From Actinomycetes bacterium (GTDB taxonomy: Bacteria; Actinomycetota; CALGFH01), in NCBI GenBank assembly GCA_036003705.1, contig DASYSE010000126.1, positions 1,746-65,745 of the forward strand: a DNA stretch of 64,000 bases, read 5' to 3'. Shown here one piece after another: positions 37,039-46,506 of the stretch (its first letter is position 1; each line of letters opens with the position of its first letter). Below the pieces are notes generated by a model. The model was not told where the DNA came from, did not search any database, and saw nothing but the letters and a program-made list of their open reading frames with translations. The translations under genes were made by a program, and so were the position numbers.

Positions 37039-37080
37039 CCTAGGTTGACAGCCATGGGGTTGTCAACCCCTGTTGACAGC
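37027..37080 (-). promoter_or_regulatory. nested palindromic operator overlapping a TTGACA-17-TAGGAT promoter and the HTH start codon
   Basis: Minus strand: gcTGTCAACAggggTTGACAaccCCATGGCTGTCAacctaggaTGACAGCCATGGatgag. There is a 12-bp perfect inverted repeat CCATGGCTGTCA/TGACAGCCATGG, and TGTCAAC/GTTGACA half-sites occur three times. Confidence 0.5.
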
Positions 37081-37096
37081 GGCGAGCCCCGGCCGG

Positions 37097-37966
37097 CTAG
37101 CGGGTCTCGTCCGGGTCCGGCGGGGTCTGGCCGAGGAACTTCTCCAGCTCGGCGGCGATCTCGTCGCCCGAGGGGATGCGCTCGTCGGCGCCCTCCTCGA
37201 CGAGGCTCCGGATCTGCTCGACGAACTCAGCGATCTGCGGCCGCTCGCGGATCGCCTGCTCGACCTGCTCCAGGTGGTCCTTGGTGGCCGCCTCCAGCTC
37301 GGTGGCCTCGATCGCGAGCCCGGTCAGCCGGGCAAGCGTCCGCACCAGGGCGAGCGCAGCCGGCGGATGGGTGCCGCCGGCCAGGTAGGGTGGCACCCGG
37401 GCCCACAGCCCAGTGGCCGGGATGCCGGCCCGGTGGAGCCGTTCCTCGAGCACGGTCTGGATCCCGGCCGACAGCTCCACGATCGCCGGCACCGTCTCCA
37501 GCCTTGCCGCCAGGTCGGAGTCGGCCGAGGTCCCGACGACCGCCACCGGGTCGGTGTGCAGCGCCGGCGCCGGGAAGGCGCCGAGGCCGAACACCTCGAC
37601 GACGGCCAGCTCCCGGCACGCCTCGACCACCTCGTCGCAGAACGCCTTCCAGCGGAAGTCGGGCTCCGGCCCGGTCAGCAGCAGCGCGTCCCGCTCGCCG
37701 CCGGTCGCGGCCAGCGACAGCTCGGTCGGCGACCAGGTCACCTCTTCGATGGTGCCGCCGGCCAGGCGCACGATCGGTCGCCTGGCCCGGAAGTCGATCA
37801 GCTCGTCGGCGTCGAACTCGGCCAGCGGGGTCGCGTTCCAGCGCGCGCGCAGGAACACCGCCGCGGTCTGGCCGGCCAGCCCGGCGTCGGTCCAACCGTG
37901 CAGGTGGATGACCAGGAACGGGTCCCGGAGCGCCGGGCCGTCTGGGAGGTCGAGCAGCTTGCCCAT
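37097..37966 (-). CDS. PAC2 (proteasome assembly chaperone 2-like) family protein
   Basis: LVIHLHGWTDAGLAG...LLLTGPEPDFRWK is typical of bacterial PAC2 proteins. Confidence 0.75.
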   Translation of the reverse strand: MGKLLDLPDGPALRDPFLVIHLHGWTDAGLAGQTAAVFLRARWNATPLAEFDADELIDFRARRPIVRLAGGTIEEVTWSPTELSLAATGGERDALLLTGPEPDFRWKAFCDEVVEACRELAVVEVFGLGAFPAPALHTDPVAVVGTSADSDLAARLETVPAIVELSAGIQTVLEERLHRAGIPATGLWARVPPYLAGGTHPPAALALVRTLARLTGLAIEATELEAATKDHLEQVEQAIRERPQIAEFVEQIRSLVEEGADERIPSGDEIAAELEKFLGQTPPDPDETR

Positions 37967-38088
37967 GGCAGGCAGGGTAGCCGGTTCCGGCCCGGTACGG
38001 GGGATCGTACGAGGCGTTCGACTTCTTCGGGCTCGCGCTGGAGTGAGCCCGCGGGCGGGCGGGGCCCGGGTCCCGGTAGCCTTGCTGG

Positions 38089-39570
38089 GTGACCAGCCCC
38101 ACCCGCCCGTCGCCGGGATCGCCGTTCCGCCCGTTCCGGCACCGCGCGTTCGCCACCGTGTGGGCGGGGAGCTTCGTCTCCAACATCGGCACCTGGATGG
38201 AGACGGTGGCCATCGGGGTCTACGTCACCCAGGCCACCGGCCAGGCGGCCTGGACGGGCACGGTGGCCGCCCTCACCTATGTGCCGACGGTGCTCCTCGG
38301 GCCCTTCGGCGGCGCGCTCGCCGACCGCTTCGACCGCCGGCGGTTCCTGGTCGCCGTGACCCTGTTCCAGACGCTGCTGGCGGCCACCCTCACCCTGCTG
38401 GCGGCGACCGATCGGCTGTCGGTGGCCGCCGTGGCCGCCATCGTGCTGCTGGCCGGCTGCGCGTTCGCCGTGGCCATGCCGGCCGTCCAGGCCATGACCC
38501 CCGACCTGGTCGGCGCCGACGACCTGCTCGGAGCCATGAGCCTGGGAGCGGCCCAGTTCAACCTGGGGCGGGTGGCCGGGCCGGCCCTTGCCGGGCTGGT
38601 CATCACCGCCGGGGGGCTGGCCTGGGCGTTCGGGTTGAACGCTGTCAGCTTCGGCGCGGTCCTGCTCGCCCTCGCCCTGGTCCGCATCCCGCCGCTGGCC
38701 AGGAGCGACGGGCAGCGGCCCAGGGTGCTGCGGACCATCGCCGAGGGAGTGTCCGCGGCCCGCCGTGACCCTGGCATCCGCACCGCCCTGCTGCTCCTGC
38801 TGGCCACCACCTTCCTGGTGTCGCCGTTCATCGGGCTGGTGCCGGCCGTTGCCATCAAGGTGTTCGGGCGGGGCGCCACCGGCACCTCGGCGCTGGTCAC
38901 CGCCCAGGGCGTCGGGGCGGTCTGCTCGGCCCTGGCCGCCGGGCCCTTGGCCGGCCTGCTGGGCCGGCGCCGCTTGCTGGTCTCGGCGCTGCTGCTTGTC
39001 GGCCCGGCGGCGGTCCTGTACGGGCTGGCCCCGACGTTTCCCCTCGCCGTGGTCGCGATCGCCGTGCTCGGCTTCGTATACCTGGCCGTGCTGTCGGGCA
39101 CCAGCACCGTCTGCCAGCTTCGGGCCCCGCGCGAGCTGCGCGCCCGCATCGCCAGCCTGTTCATGCTCGGGGTCGGCGGCGGGCACGCGCTCGGGCTGGT
39201 CATCCAGGGGTGGCTGGGGGACCGGGTCGGGCTGCCGGTCGTGACCATGGCCACCGGGCTGCTGCTGCTCGGGATCGTGGTCGCGATGCGCCTGCTCCGT
39301 CCCGGGCTGCTGGAGGCGATGGAACCTTCAGGGGATGTCCATGCCCTCCAGGCGGCGGACGGACAGCACCAGGGCGGCCAGGGTGACGACGGCGGCGAGC
39401 ACGGTCGCGCTGACCGGCCCCAGCCGGGTGGTGAGATCGAGCCCTCCGCCGCGCAGGACGGCCGCCAGCACGCCCTCGGTGTAGCCGCGGATGGACAGCG
39501 ACGACGCCGAAGGCGCGACCGAGACGACCGCACCCTCCCAGAGCAGGGCATAGGCCAGGCCGACCAGTAG
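38089..39570 (+). CDS. MFS transporter (EntS/enterobactin-exporter-like)
   Basis: 12 TM helices, FRHRAFATVWAGSFVSNIGTWM. The last ~80 codons overlap the convergent ABC-2 permease gene, and the true C-terminus may be earlier. Confidence 0.7.
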   Translation: MTSPTRPSPGSPFRPFRHRAFATVWAGSFVSNIGTWMETVAIGVYVTQATGQAAWTGTVAALTYVPTVLLGPFGGALADRFDRRRFLVAVTLFQTLLAATLTLLAATDRLSVAAVAAIVLLAGCAFAVAMPAVQAMTPDLVGADDLLGAMSLGAAQFNLGRVAGPALAGLVITAGGLAWAFGLNAVSFGAVLLALALVRIPPLARSDGQRPRVLRTIAEGVSAARRDPGIRTALLLLLATTFLVSPFIGLVPAVAIKVFGRGATGTSALVTAQGVGAVCSALAAGPLAGLLGRRRLLVSALLLVGPAAVLYGLAPTFPLAVVAIAVLGFVYLAVLSGTSTVCQLRAPRELRARIASLFMLGVGGGHALGLVIQGWLGDRVGLPVVTMATGLLLLGIVVAMRLLRPGLLEAMEPSGDVHALQAADGQHQGGQGDDGGEHGRADRPQPGGEIEPSAAQDGRQHALGVAADGQRRRRRRDRDDRTLPEQGIGQADQ

Positions 39571-40056
39571 CGCCCTGGCCATCAGCAGCGACAGCAGCAC
39601 CCCGAGGGCGCAGTAGGCGAGCGTGCCGACCACCACGGCCAGCAGCATGCCGGCGAGCAGGTCGGTCGAGCCGAGCCCGCCGGCGGCGACCAGATGCCCG
39701 ATCGCCTGGGCGGGCAGCAGCACCAGCAGCGTTGCCAGCACGGCGGCCAGGTACTTGGCCCCGAGCACGGCCGGGCGGGGAATCGGCTTGAGCAGGAGAT
39801 TGGTGATCGTGCCGTCGCGCAGCTCCGCCCCGAGGCTGGAGGTCGCGAAGGTGAGGCCGACCACCGGGAGCAGCACCGGCAGGACGAGCTGGCGGAACAG
39901 CTCGAGGGTGAAGGTGGCCGGGTCGACGTCGGCCCCTGCCGCGACCACGGCCGGCAGGACCAGCGCCAGCGCCACCAGCGGCAGGATGACCAGCAGCCGC
40001 CGCCCGGCCAGCAGCTGCCCGAGACTGAACCGCAGCAACCTCAGCGTCTTGCTCAT
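39328..40056 (-). CDS. ABC-2 family transporter permease
   Basis: Six TM helices; downstream of its ATPase. Confidence 0.7.
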   Translation of the reverse strand: MSKTLRLLRFSLGQLLAGRRLLVILPLVALALVLPAVVAAGADVDPATFTLELFRQLVLPVLLPVVGLTFATSSLGAELRDGTITNLLLKPIPRPAVLGAKYLAAVLATLLVLLPAQAIGHLVAAGGLGSTDLLAGMLLAVVVGTLAYCALGVLLSLLMARALLVGLAYALLWEGAVVSVAPSASSLSIRGYTEGVLAAVLRGGGLDLTTRLGPVSATVLAAVVTLAALVLSVRRLEGMDIP

Positions 40057-40093
40057 CGGGGCACCCCCCTGGGGTTCCCCGAACCCCTCCGGT

Positions 40094-41053
40094 TCATCGC
40101 CGCCCCACCAGGTAGCGGAAGACCTGCTCGAGCGACTCGTCGGTGGTGCGGACCTCGCGGAGCGTCGCTCCCTGGTCGCGGGCCAACCTGGGCAGGGCGG
40201 TGGCGAAGCTGTCGACCGAGCGGGTGCGGGCGCGCAGCCCCTCGCCGTCGACCTCGACGGCGACCGTGGTCGGCAGGGCGATCAGCCCGGCCGCCAGCCG
40301 GCGGGCGTGGTCGGCCTTGACCATCACCGTGCGCGGCTGGTCGGCCATGAGGTCGCGGATGGCGCGGTAGTCCCCGGAGGCGGCCAGCCGTCCCGAGACC
40401 ATGACCAGGATCTGGGAGGCGAGCCGCTCCACCTCGGCCAGGATGTGGCTGGAGACCAGGATGGTGACCCCGGCCGAGGCGATCATCCCGACCAGCTCGA
40501 TGAAGCGGGCCCGCTGCCCCGGGTCCATGCCGGTCATCGGCTCGTCCAGGACGAGCAGGGCCGGCTGGTGGACGATCGCCCCCGCCACCTTGGTCCGCTG
40601 GCGCTCGCCCTTGGAGAGCCCCTTGAGGCGCCGCTCGGCCAGCGGCGCCATGTCGACCTCGGCGATGGCCCGCTCGGCGGCCGCGCCCGCGTCGGCCAGC
40701 CCCTGCAGCTCGGCGTGGAGCCGGACGTAGGAGCGGACGGTCAGCCTCGGGTACAGGCGGTCGCCGTCGGGGACGACGCCGATCGCCCGGTACAGCATCG
40801 GGTCGCGCCGGATCGGCCGCCCGAACAGCAGCACCTCGCCCTGCGACGGATGGAGCAGGCCGCAGATCGCCTTCAGGGTGGTCGTCTTGCCGGCCCCGTT
40901 GGGCCCGAGCAACCCGGTCACCCCCGGCCGCAGCTCGAAGGACAGGTCGGCCACCGCGACCACGTCCCCGTACCACTTGGAGAACCGGCGCAGCTCGACC
41001 ACCGGGGCCGGGGCCGGGGTCGAGGCCGCTGTCGGGGCCAGGTGCCCGGTCAT
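40094..41053 (-). CDS. ABC transporter ATP-binding protein
   Basis: GPNGAGKTTTL, LSKGERQRTKVAGA, LVLDEPMTGMD. ATG 41053 verified on the sequence; the long ORF 40094..42271 is an artefact upstream of it. Confidence 0.85.
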   Translation of the reverse strand: MTGHLAPTAASTPAPAPVVELRRFSKWYGDVVAVADLSFELRPGVTGLLGPNGAGKTTTLKAICGLLHPSQGEVLLFGRPIRRDPMLYRAIGVVPDGDRLYPRLTVRSYVRLHAELQGLADAGAAAERAIAEVDMAPLAERRLKGLSKGERQRTKVAGAIVHQPALLVLDEPMTGMDPGQRARFIELVGMIASAGVTILVSSHILAEVERLASQILVMVSGRLAASGDYRAIRDLMADQPRTVMVKADHARRLAAGLIALPTTVAVEVDGEGLRARTRSVDSFATALPRLARDQGATLREVRTTDESLEQVFRYLVGRR

Positions 41054-41940
41054 GGGCGCAGGCGCAGGACGCGCCAGGTGAGGATCGCGCCGGCGACCAC
41101 GGTCACCACCGCCATCGCGACCAGGTAGCCGGGGCCGGTGAAGCCGGCCTGGTCGGCCAGGGTGCCCGGGTCGAAGCCGTCTCCGAACAGCCAGTCGACG
41201 AACCGCCCGGGCAGGCCCCCGAGGGAGACGAAGGTGAGCCAGCGCCGGCCCTCGAAGCGGGCGGTGAAGAACAGGATGTTGGCCAGCGCCGAGGTGCCGA
41301 GGAACACCCCGAGCAGCCCGGCCGTGGCCACCGCCCGCCGATCGGTCAGGCTGGCCGCGGCCAGGGCGATGACCGAGTAGAAGACGGTCAGCACCGACCC
41401 GGCGAACAGGATGCGGCCCAGGTCGTCGACGTTGTCGTGCAGGTAGGTGGCGGCGCTGTCGGAGGTCAGGGTGTTGCCGAGGAAGAGCACCACCAGGGGG
41501 ACGACCGCGATCAGCCCGACCACCGCCAGCAGCGCGGCCAGCTTGGCCAGCAGGTAGTCGGACCGGGTCACCGGCCGGGTGAAGATCAGGGCGAGGACGT
41601 TCTGCCGGCGGTCGGGGCAGAGCAGCTCCGGGCCGGCGGTGGCCGCGAACAGCAGCAGCAGGCCGGCGACGATGCGCAGGTAGCGGCCGTAGCCGAGGAA
41701 GTCCCCGACCGCCTCGCCGATCAGCACGCGGGCGCCGATGAAGGCGAACACCGGGCCGAAGGCCAGCACCAGCAGCCCGAACGGCACCACCTTGGTCTTC
41801 CAGTTGCGCTTGAGCCCGAGCACGCGGCGCACGCCGGCGACCGCGATCGCCCGGACCCGCCGTCCTCGCCCCTCCCTCGGCCCCTCGTAATGCCGGTAGC
41901 CGCGGTCGTAGATGGTCCCAGCCGGGCTGTTGACGGTCAC
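41050..41940 (-). CDS. ABC-2 family transporter permease
   Basis: Multi-TM protein; 4-nt overlaps with both neighbouring ATPase genes. Confidence 0.7.
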   Translation of the reverse strand: MTVNSPAGTIYDRGYRHYEGPREGRGRRVRAIAVAGVRRVLGLKRNWKTKVVPFGLLVLAFGPVFAFIGARVLIGEAVGDFLGYGRYLRIVAGLLLLFAATAGPELLCPDRRQNVLALIFTRPVTRSDYLLAKLAALLAVVGLIAVVPLVVLFLGNTLTSDSAATYLHDNVDDLGRILFAGSVLTVFYSVIALAAASLTDRRAVATAGLLGVFLGTSALANILFFTARFEGRRWLTFVSLGGLPGRFVDWLFGDGFDPGTLADQAGFTGPGYLVAMAVVTVVAGAILTWRVLRLRP

Positions 41941-42950
41941 CGTCGCACCCCCCAGGCAGCCTCCGGGGTGGGCGGTGGCTGGACCGCCCGGACCGGCGGG
42001 CCGCCCTGGGCCGCCTGCAGCCGGAGGAACGTCTCCTCCAGGCTGGGCGCCCTTGGGACCAGCCGCCGCAGCGCCCAGCCTCGCTGGGCGGCCACGTCGC
42101 GGACCAGGTCGGAGGATCCCTGAACGAGCAGCTCGTCACCCGCCGGCCGGACCTCCAGCCCGGCCAGCTGCAGGGAGGCCAGCACCTCGGGGCCGTTGTC
42201 GCCCAGACGGATGCCGAAGCCCGGCTCGGTGGTGCCGGCGACCTCGGCGATCGGGCCCTGGGCGAGGACATGGCCGCCGTGGACCATCACCACCCGGTCG
42301 CAGACCCGCTCGACGTCGCCGAGCAGGTGGGTGGAGACCAGCACGTCGATCCCCAGCTCGCCGCGGACACGGGCGATGAGGTCGAGCATGTCCTCGCGGC
42401 CCTGCGGGTCCATGCCGTCGGTCGGTTCGTCCAGCAGCAGCAGGCTGGGGTCGTGGACCAGCGCGACCGCCAGCTTGACCCGCTGCTGCATGCCGGTGGA
42501 GAACCCGCCGACGGCCCGGTAGCGCTCCTCCTCCAGGCCGACCTGGTAGCAGACCTCGGCCGCCCGTTCACGGGCCGGGCGCGGGGGCAGGCCGCCGAGC
42601 TGGGCCATGAAGGCGACGAAGTCGGCGGCGGTCACGTCCCCTGGCAGGCAGGCGCCCTCGGGCAGGTAGCCGACCCGGGCCCGGACGGCGAGCGGGTCGG
42701 CGGCGACGTCGTGGCCGAGCACGCTGGCCCGGCCCTGATCTGGCGTGAGCAGCCCGAGCAGCAGCTTGATCAGCGTCGACTTGCCCGCCCCGTTGGATCC
42801 GACCAGCCCGGTGCAGCCGGGCTCGACCACCACGTCGACCCGGTCGAGGGCCTGGACGGTCCCGTACCGCTTGCTCAGGCCTTCGACCTGCGCGACCAAC
42901 ACGAGCGCGAGGACCTCCACTGGGGTCGGACGGCACGACCCGGCCACCAT
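41937..42950 (-). CDS. ABC transporter ATP-binding protein
   Basis: GSNGAGKSTL, FSTGMQQRVKLAVAL, LLLDEPTDGMD. The start may be an internal GTG. Confidence 0.85.
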   Translation of the reverse strand: MVAGSCRPTPVEVLALVLVAQVEGLSKRYGTVQALDRVDVVVEPGCTGLVGSNGAGKSTLIKLLLGLLTPDQGRASVLGHDVAADPLAVRARVGYLPEGACLPGDVTAADFVAFMAQLGGLPPRPARERAAEVCYQVGLEEERYRAVGGFSTGMQQRVKLAVALVHDPSLLLLDEPTDGMDPQGREDMLDLIARVRGELGIDVLVSTHLLGDVERVCDRVVMVHGGHVLAQGPIAEVAGTTEPGFGIRLGDNGPEVLASLQLAGLEVRPAGDELLVQGSSDLVRDVAAQRGWALRRLVPRAPSLEETFLRLQAAQGGPPVRAVQPPPTPEAAWGVRR

Positions 42951-43006
42951 CTCATACCCGCAGCCACCGTGCTCGGGGTCGGCTGGCGTATGCCATCATT
43001 GTGCTC

Positions 43007-43672
43007 ATGGTCAAGCCCATCGCCGTCTACCTCGAGCTGGGTACCAAGAAGGTGTTCGCCTGCTCGATCGACTTCCCGGGCTGGTGTCGTTCCGGCAAGT
43101 CCGATGAGCTGGCGCTGGAGACGCTGGCCGGCTACGCAACCCGGTACGCCGAGGTCGCCAGGAAGGCCAAGGTCGCCTTCCCGGCCAGGGCGGGCGCGGA
43201 GGACCTGGAGGTCGTCGAGCGGGTCAAGGGGTCGGGGGCGACCGACTTCGGGGTACCCCACGAGCTCGCCAAGGCCGACGCCGAGCCCCTCACCGCCCGC
43301 CAGGCGGCCCGCCAGGTCGAGCTGGTCCGGGCGGCGTGGGCGGTCCTTGACCGGGTCGCCAAGAGCTCGCCGGCCGAGCTTCGCAAGGGCCCACGCGGTG
43401 GCGGCCGCGACCGGGACAAGATGCTCGGCCACGTCCTCGGTGCCGAGGCCGCCTATGCCCGCATGCTCGGCGTCAAGCACCCCCAACCGGAGCTCGGCGA
43501 CACCAGGGCCATCAACGCCCTGCGCGACGACATCGTCAAGACCCTCCGCGGCTCGTCCGACGGCTCGCCGCTCGCCCCCAAGGGCTGGCCGCCCCGGTAC
43601 GCCGCCCGCCGCATCGCCTGGCACGTCCTGGACCATGCCTGGGAGATGCAGGACCGCGGCCGGCCCGGCTGA
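43007..43672 (+). CDS. hypothetical protein with an N-terminal HicB-like domain and a C-terminal DinB_2-like helical bundle
   Basis: KPIAVYLELGTKKVFACSIDFPGWCRSG...ALETLAGYA resembles the HicB/UPF0150 fold. The C-terminus LGHVLGAEAAYARML...WHVLDHAWEM resembles the DinB/YfiT His-motifs. Confidence 0.45.
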   Translation: MVKPIAVYLELGTKKVFACSIDFPGWCRSGKSDELALETLAGYATRYAEVARKAKVAFPARAGAEDLEVVERVKGSGATDFGVPHELAKADAEPLTARQAARQVELVRAAWAVLDRVAKSSPAELRKGPRGGGRDRDKMLGHVLGAEAAYARMLGVKHPQPELGDTRAINALRDDIVKTLRGSSDGSPLAPKGWPPRYAARRIAWHVLDHAWEMQDRGRPG

Positions 43673-43680
43673 CGGAACGG

Positions 43681-46506
43681 TCAGGGCGCCCGCAGGGTGT
43701 GCCCGCCGATCACGCCCCCGCCGGCGTCCACCAGCAGCAGCGCGCCGCCACCGGTGGGCGGCGGTTGGCGCAGCAGCAGCACCAGCGGCTCGGCCTGGTC
43801 GGGCGGCAGCTCGATCCCCTGGAGCCACGGCTGCACGTCGGCGTCCCGGCGGCCGCCCGGGAGCGGGAAGGCGGCCGCCAGGTCGAGCCGTTCGGCGAGG
43901 CTGAGGTCCTCCTGGACGAGCGCCACCAGCTCCGGCCGCCAGGGCTCGGCCACCCGCCCCGGCACCAGCCCCGCCGCCAGGGCCAGTCCGGCCAGCCGCC
44001 TCCCCAGCACCAGCCCGGCGGTCAGCTGGTGGACCCACCTCTCGGCGGCCAGTGCCAGCGGCCCTCCGCCAGCCGCCGCCCACAGCTCGAGACGGACCAC
44101 CCGGGGTGCTCCCGTGGGGGTTCGGGCTGGCGCGGCCGCCCCCCTCCCCGGCGGGCCACCCTCCGGGCCCGGGCCGAGCACGGTCAGGTTCTTGAGCCCC
44201 CAGCGCCCGTCGGCCACCAGCCCGGCCGGGTCGCCCGCCGGCACCGTCGCGGCCCCGTCGGCGGCGGCGACGGCCAGCAGGCAGACGCCCCGGGTCATGT
44301 CGGGGGGCACCTCCCAGTCGAAGCTGGCCACGCCGGACCGGCCCGGCTCCAGGTCGCCGACCAGGCCTGGAGGTCCGACCGGCCGCCAGGGCGACCCCGG
44401 GGGCGGGTCACCGCCCATCACCCACGCGCCGCCGGGGAGGTCGGGCGGCCGCAGGCAGGCCGGGACGGCCAGGACCCGGGCCCGGACGCCCCGCAGCGGC
44501 AGCCCGCCCCGCTGGTGGACCTGCACGTGCACCCGGGCCGGCTGACCGGGCCGGACCCGACCGCCCAGCTCGAGCAGGCCGGCCGCCCCCGGCCCGCGAT
44601 CGTCCTCGAACTCCACCGGCTCCACCGGCCCGGCCGCCGGCGCCGGCGAGGCCTCCACCTTGATGTCCGGGCACTCCCACCACCAGCCTCCGGGCCCATC
44701 CTCGGGACGGGGGCGGCTGGCGCGGAGGACGGGGGCGGCCGCCGCCGGGCCGGGGGCGTCGTCGAGGGCGACCTCCCAGACGCCGCGGCCGAGCAGGCCG
44801 ACCCGCAGCAGGCGTCCGGGCCGGTGCAGCGCGAGGGCGAGGGCCGGGGCGTTGGGCAGCCCGTTCCCGAACGGGTGCCAGCCGGCCCCGTCGTCGACGC
44901 GACGCCACACGCCGGCGTCGGTGGCCGCGAACACCGTGCCTGGCCGGTCCGGGTCGAGGGCGAGCGCGCTCACCGGGACCGCGGGCAGCTCACCGCTGCG
45001 GTCCTCCCAGCTCACCCCGCCGTCGCCCGACCGCCACACCCGCCAACCCCGCGGGCCCGACCAGGCCGCCCACACGATCTCCGGGTGCTCGGGGTCGGCG
45101 GCGACCGCGGTGACGTTCTCCCGCGCCCGCGGCGGGGCGGTCTCCGTCCCGACCTGCGGCGGCTGGTCGGCGGTGGCGGCCTGGGACCAGACCTCGGTGC
45201 CCTCGTAGCTGAGGGTGCCGAGCGCGCCGGCTCCGGCGAGCAGCCAGCGGTGGTCGTCGGGGTGGTCGGCCAGCCGGTCGACCTCGGCGACGGCCAGGCC
45301 GGTGCTCAGGGACCGCCAGGAGCGCCCGCCGTCGGGCGAGCGGAACAGGCCGCCCTCATTGGCCACATAGAGCGTCCCGGGGTCGCCGGGGGCGAACACC
45401 ACGGCGTGCTGGCCCGGCGGGAGGCTGTCGCCGGCCGGCCGCGCCGCCAGGTCGACCCACGACCAGCGGCCGCCCGCCCCGCGGGCCCCCCGGTGCAGGC
45501 CGAACGCGCCCAGCCAGACCACCTCGGGATCGGCCGGGTCGGCCGCGCAGGCCCAGTGGTGCCAGGCCTGCTGGCTCTGGAGGTCGGCCGGCGGCTTGAC
45601 CGGGTCGAACGGGCCGTTGGCGTGGTCGCGCCGCCACAGGTGCCCGACGCCGTCGCCGGCGGCGAACACGTAGGCCACCTGGCCGCCGGCCGCGTGCGCG
45701 ACCGCCACCCGGTCGAAGCCGACGGGTGCCGACGCCAGGACCAGCGGCCGCCAGGTCGCCCCGCCGTCCTCCGACCGGTGCACCCCGTGCTCCCCACCGG
45801 CCAGCAGCTCGCCGCCGGCTCCCGCGGAGACCGCCCATGCCCGGCCGGCCAGCCGCCGCTCCCAGCCGGTGCCGCCGTCGCGTGACGCCCACAGCCCGGC
45901 GGTGGTGGCGGCGAGCAGCCGGCCGGCGTCACCCGGGTCGACCAGCAGGTCGTGGAAGCCGGCGCCGAGCAGCTCGGCTGCGACCAGCGGCCGCCAGGTG
46001 GCCCCGCCGTCGTCCGAGCGCAGCAGCCCGACCCCGAGCGCGGCCAGCGCCTCACCCTGACCGGTGCCGGCATAGGCCACCGCCGGGTTCCCCGGGGCGA
46101 ACGCGACGGCGCCGATGGCCAGCGACGGCAGGTCGTCGGCGCGCGGCCGCCAGCGCCGACCGCCGTCGCGGCTCTCCCAGATCCCGCCGGCGCCGGCGCC
46201 CGCCAGCAGGTGCCCGGGATCATCCGGGTCGATCGCCACCGCCGCCACCCGCCCGGCAACCCTGGGGCGGCTGCCCGGCCCGGACCCGGCCGTGCGGCCG
46301 TGCGGGATCGCGAACGGGCCGAGCGGCCGCCACCCCGGCCCGGGCGGCGCCGCCGCCAGCGCGCCCGCGAGCTCGTCGAGGGCGGCCAGGCGGGCGGCGG
46401 CGTAGGCCGCCCGGTCCTCGTCCTCGAGGGATCGTCGCAGGCGGAAATGGTCGAGGCGGGCACGGTCTGGCGCCCCGGCTCGCCTGGGGCCAACCGGCAG
46501 GTACAT
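43681..46506 (-). CDS. large BNR/Asp-box repeat protein (sialidase/Ycf48-like beta-propeller), no signal peptide
   Basis: At least seven S-x-D-G-G-x-(T/S)-W motifs (SRDGGRRW, SDDGGATW, SRDGGTGW, SEDGGATW, SPDGGRSW, SGDGGVSW, VDDGAGW). The ~300-aa C-terminal region has no recognisable motif. Confidence 0.65.
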   Translation of the reverse strand: MYLPVGPRRAGAPDRARLDHFRLRRSLEDEDRAAYAAARLAALDELAGALAAAPPGPGWRPLGPFAIPHGRTAGSGPGSRPRVAGRVAAVAIDPDDPGHLLAGAGAGGIWESRDGGRRWRPRADDLPSLAIGAVAFAPGNPAVAYAGTGQGEALAALGVGLLRSDDGGATWRPLVAAELLGAGFHDLLVDPGDAGRLLAATTAGLWASRDGGTGWERRLAGRAWAVSAGAGGELLAGGEHGVHRSEDGGATWRPLVLASAPVGFDRVAVAHAAGGQVAYVFAAGDGVGHLWRRDHANGPFDPVKPPADLQSQQAWHHWACAADPADPEVVWLGAFGLHRGARGAGGRWSWVDLAARPAGDSLPPGQHAVVFAPGDPGTLYVANEGGLFRSPDGGRSWRSLSTGLAVAEVDRLADHPDDHRWLLAGAGALGTLSYEGTEVWSQAATADQPPQVGTETAPPRARENVTAVAADPEHPEIVWAAWSGPRGWRVWRSGDGGVSWEDRSGELPAVPVSALALDPDRPGTVFAATDAGVWRRVDDGAGWHPFGNGLPNAPALALALHRPGRLLRVGLLGRGVWEVALDDAPGPAAAAPVLRASRPRPEDGPGGWWWECPDIKVEASPAPAAGPVEPVEFEDDRGPGAAGLLELGGRVRPGQPARVHVQVHQRGGLPLRGVRARVLAVPACLRPPDLPGGAWVMGGDPPPGSPWRPVGPPGLVGDLEPGRSGVASFDWEVPPDMTRGVCLLAVAAADGAATVPAGDPAGLVADGRWGLKNLTVLGPGPEGGPPGRGAAAPARTPTGAPRVVRLELWAAAGGGPLALAAERWVHQLTAGLVLGRRLAGLALAAGLVPGRVAEPWRPELVALVQEDLSLAERLDLAAAFPLPGGRRDADVQPWLQGIELPPDQAEPLVLLLRQPPPTGGGALLLVDAGGGVIGGHTLRAP

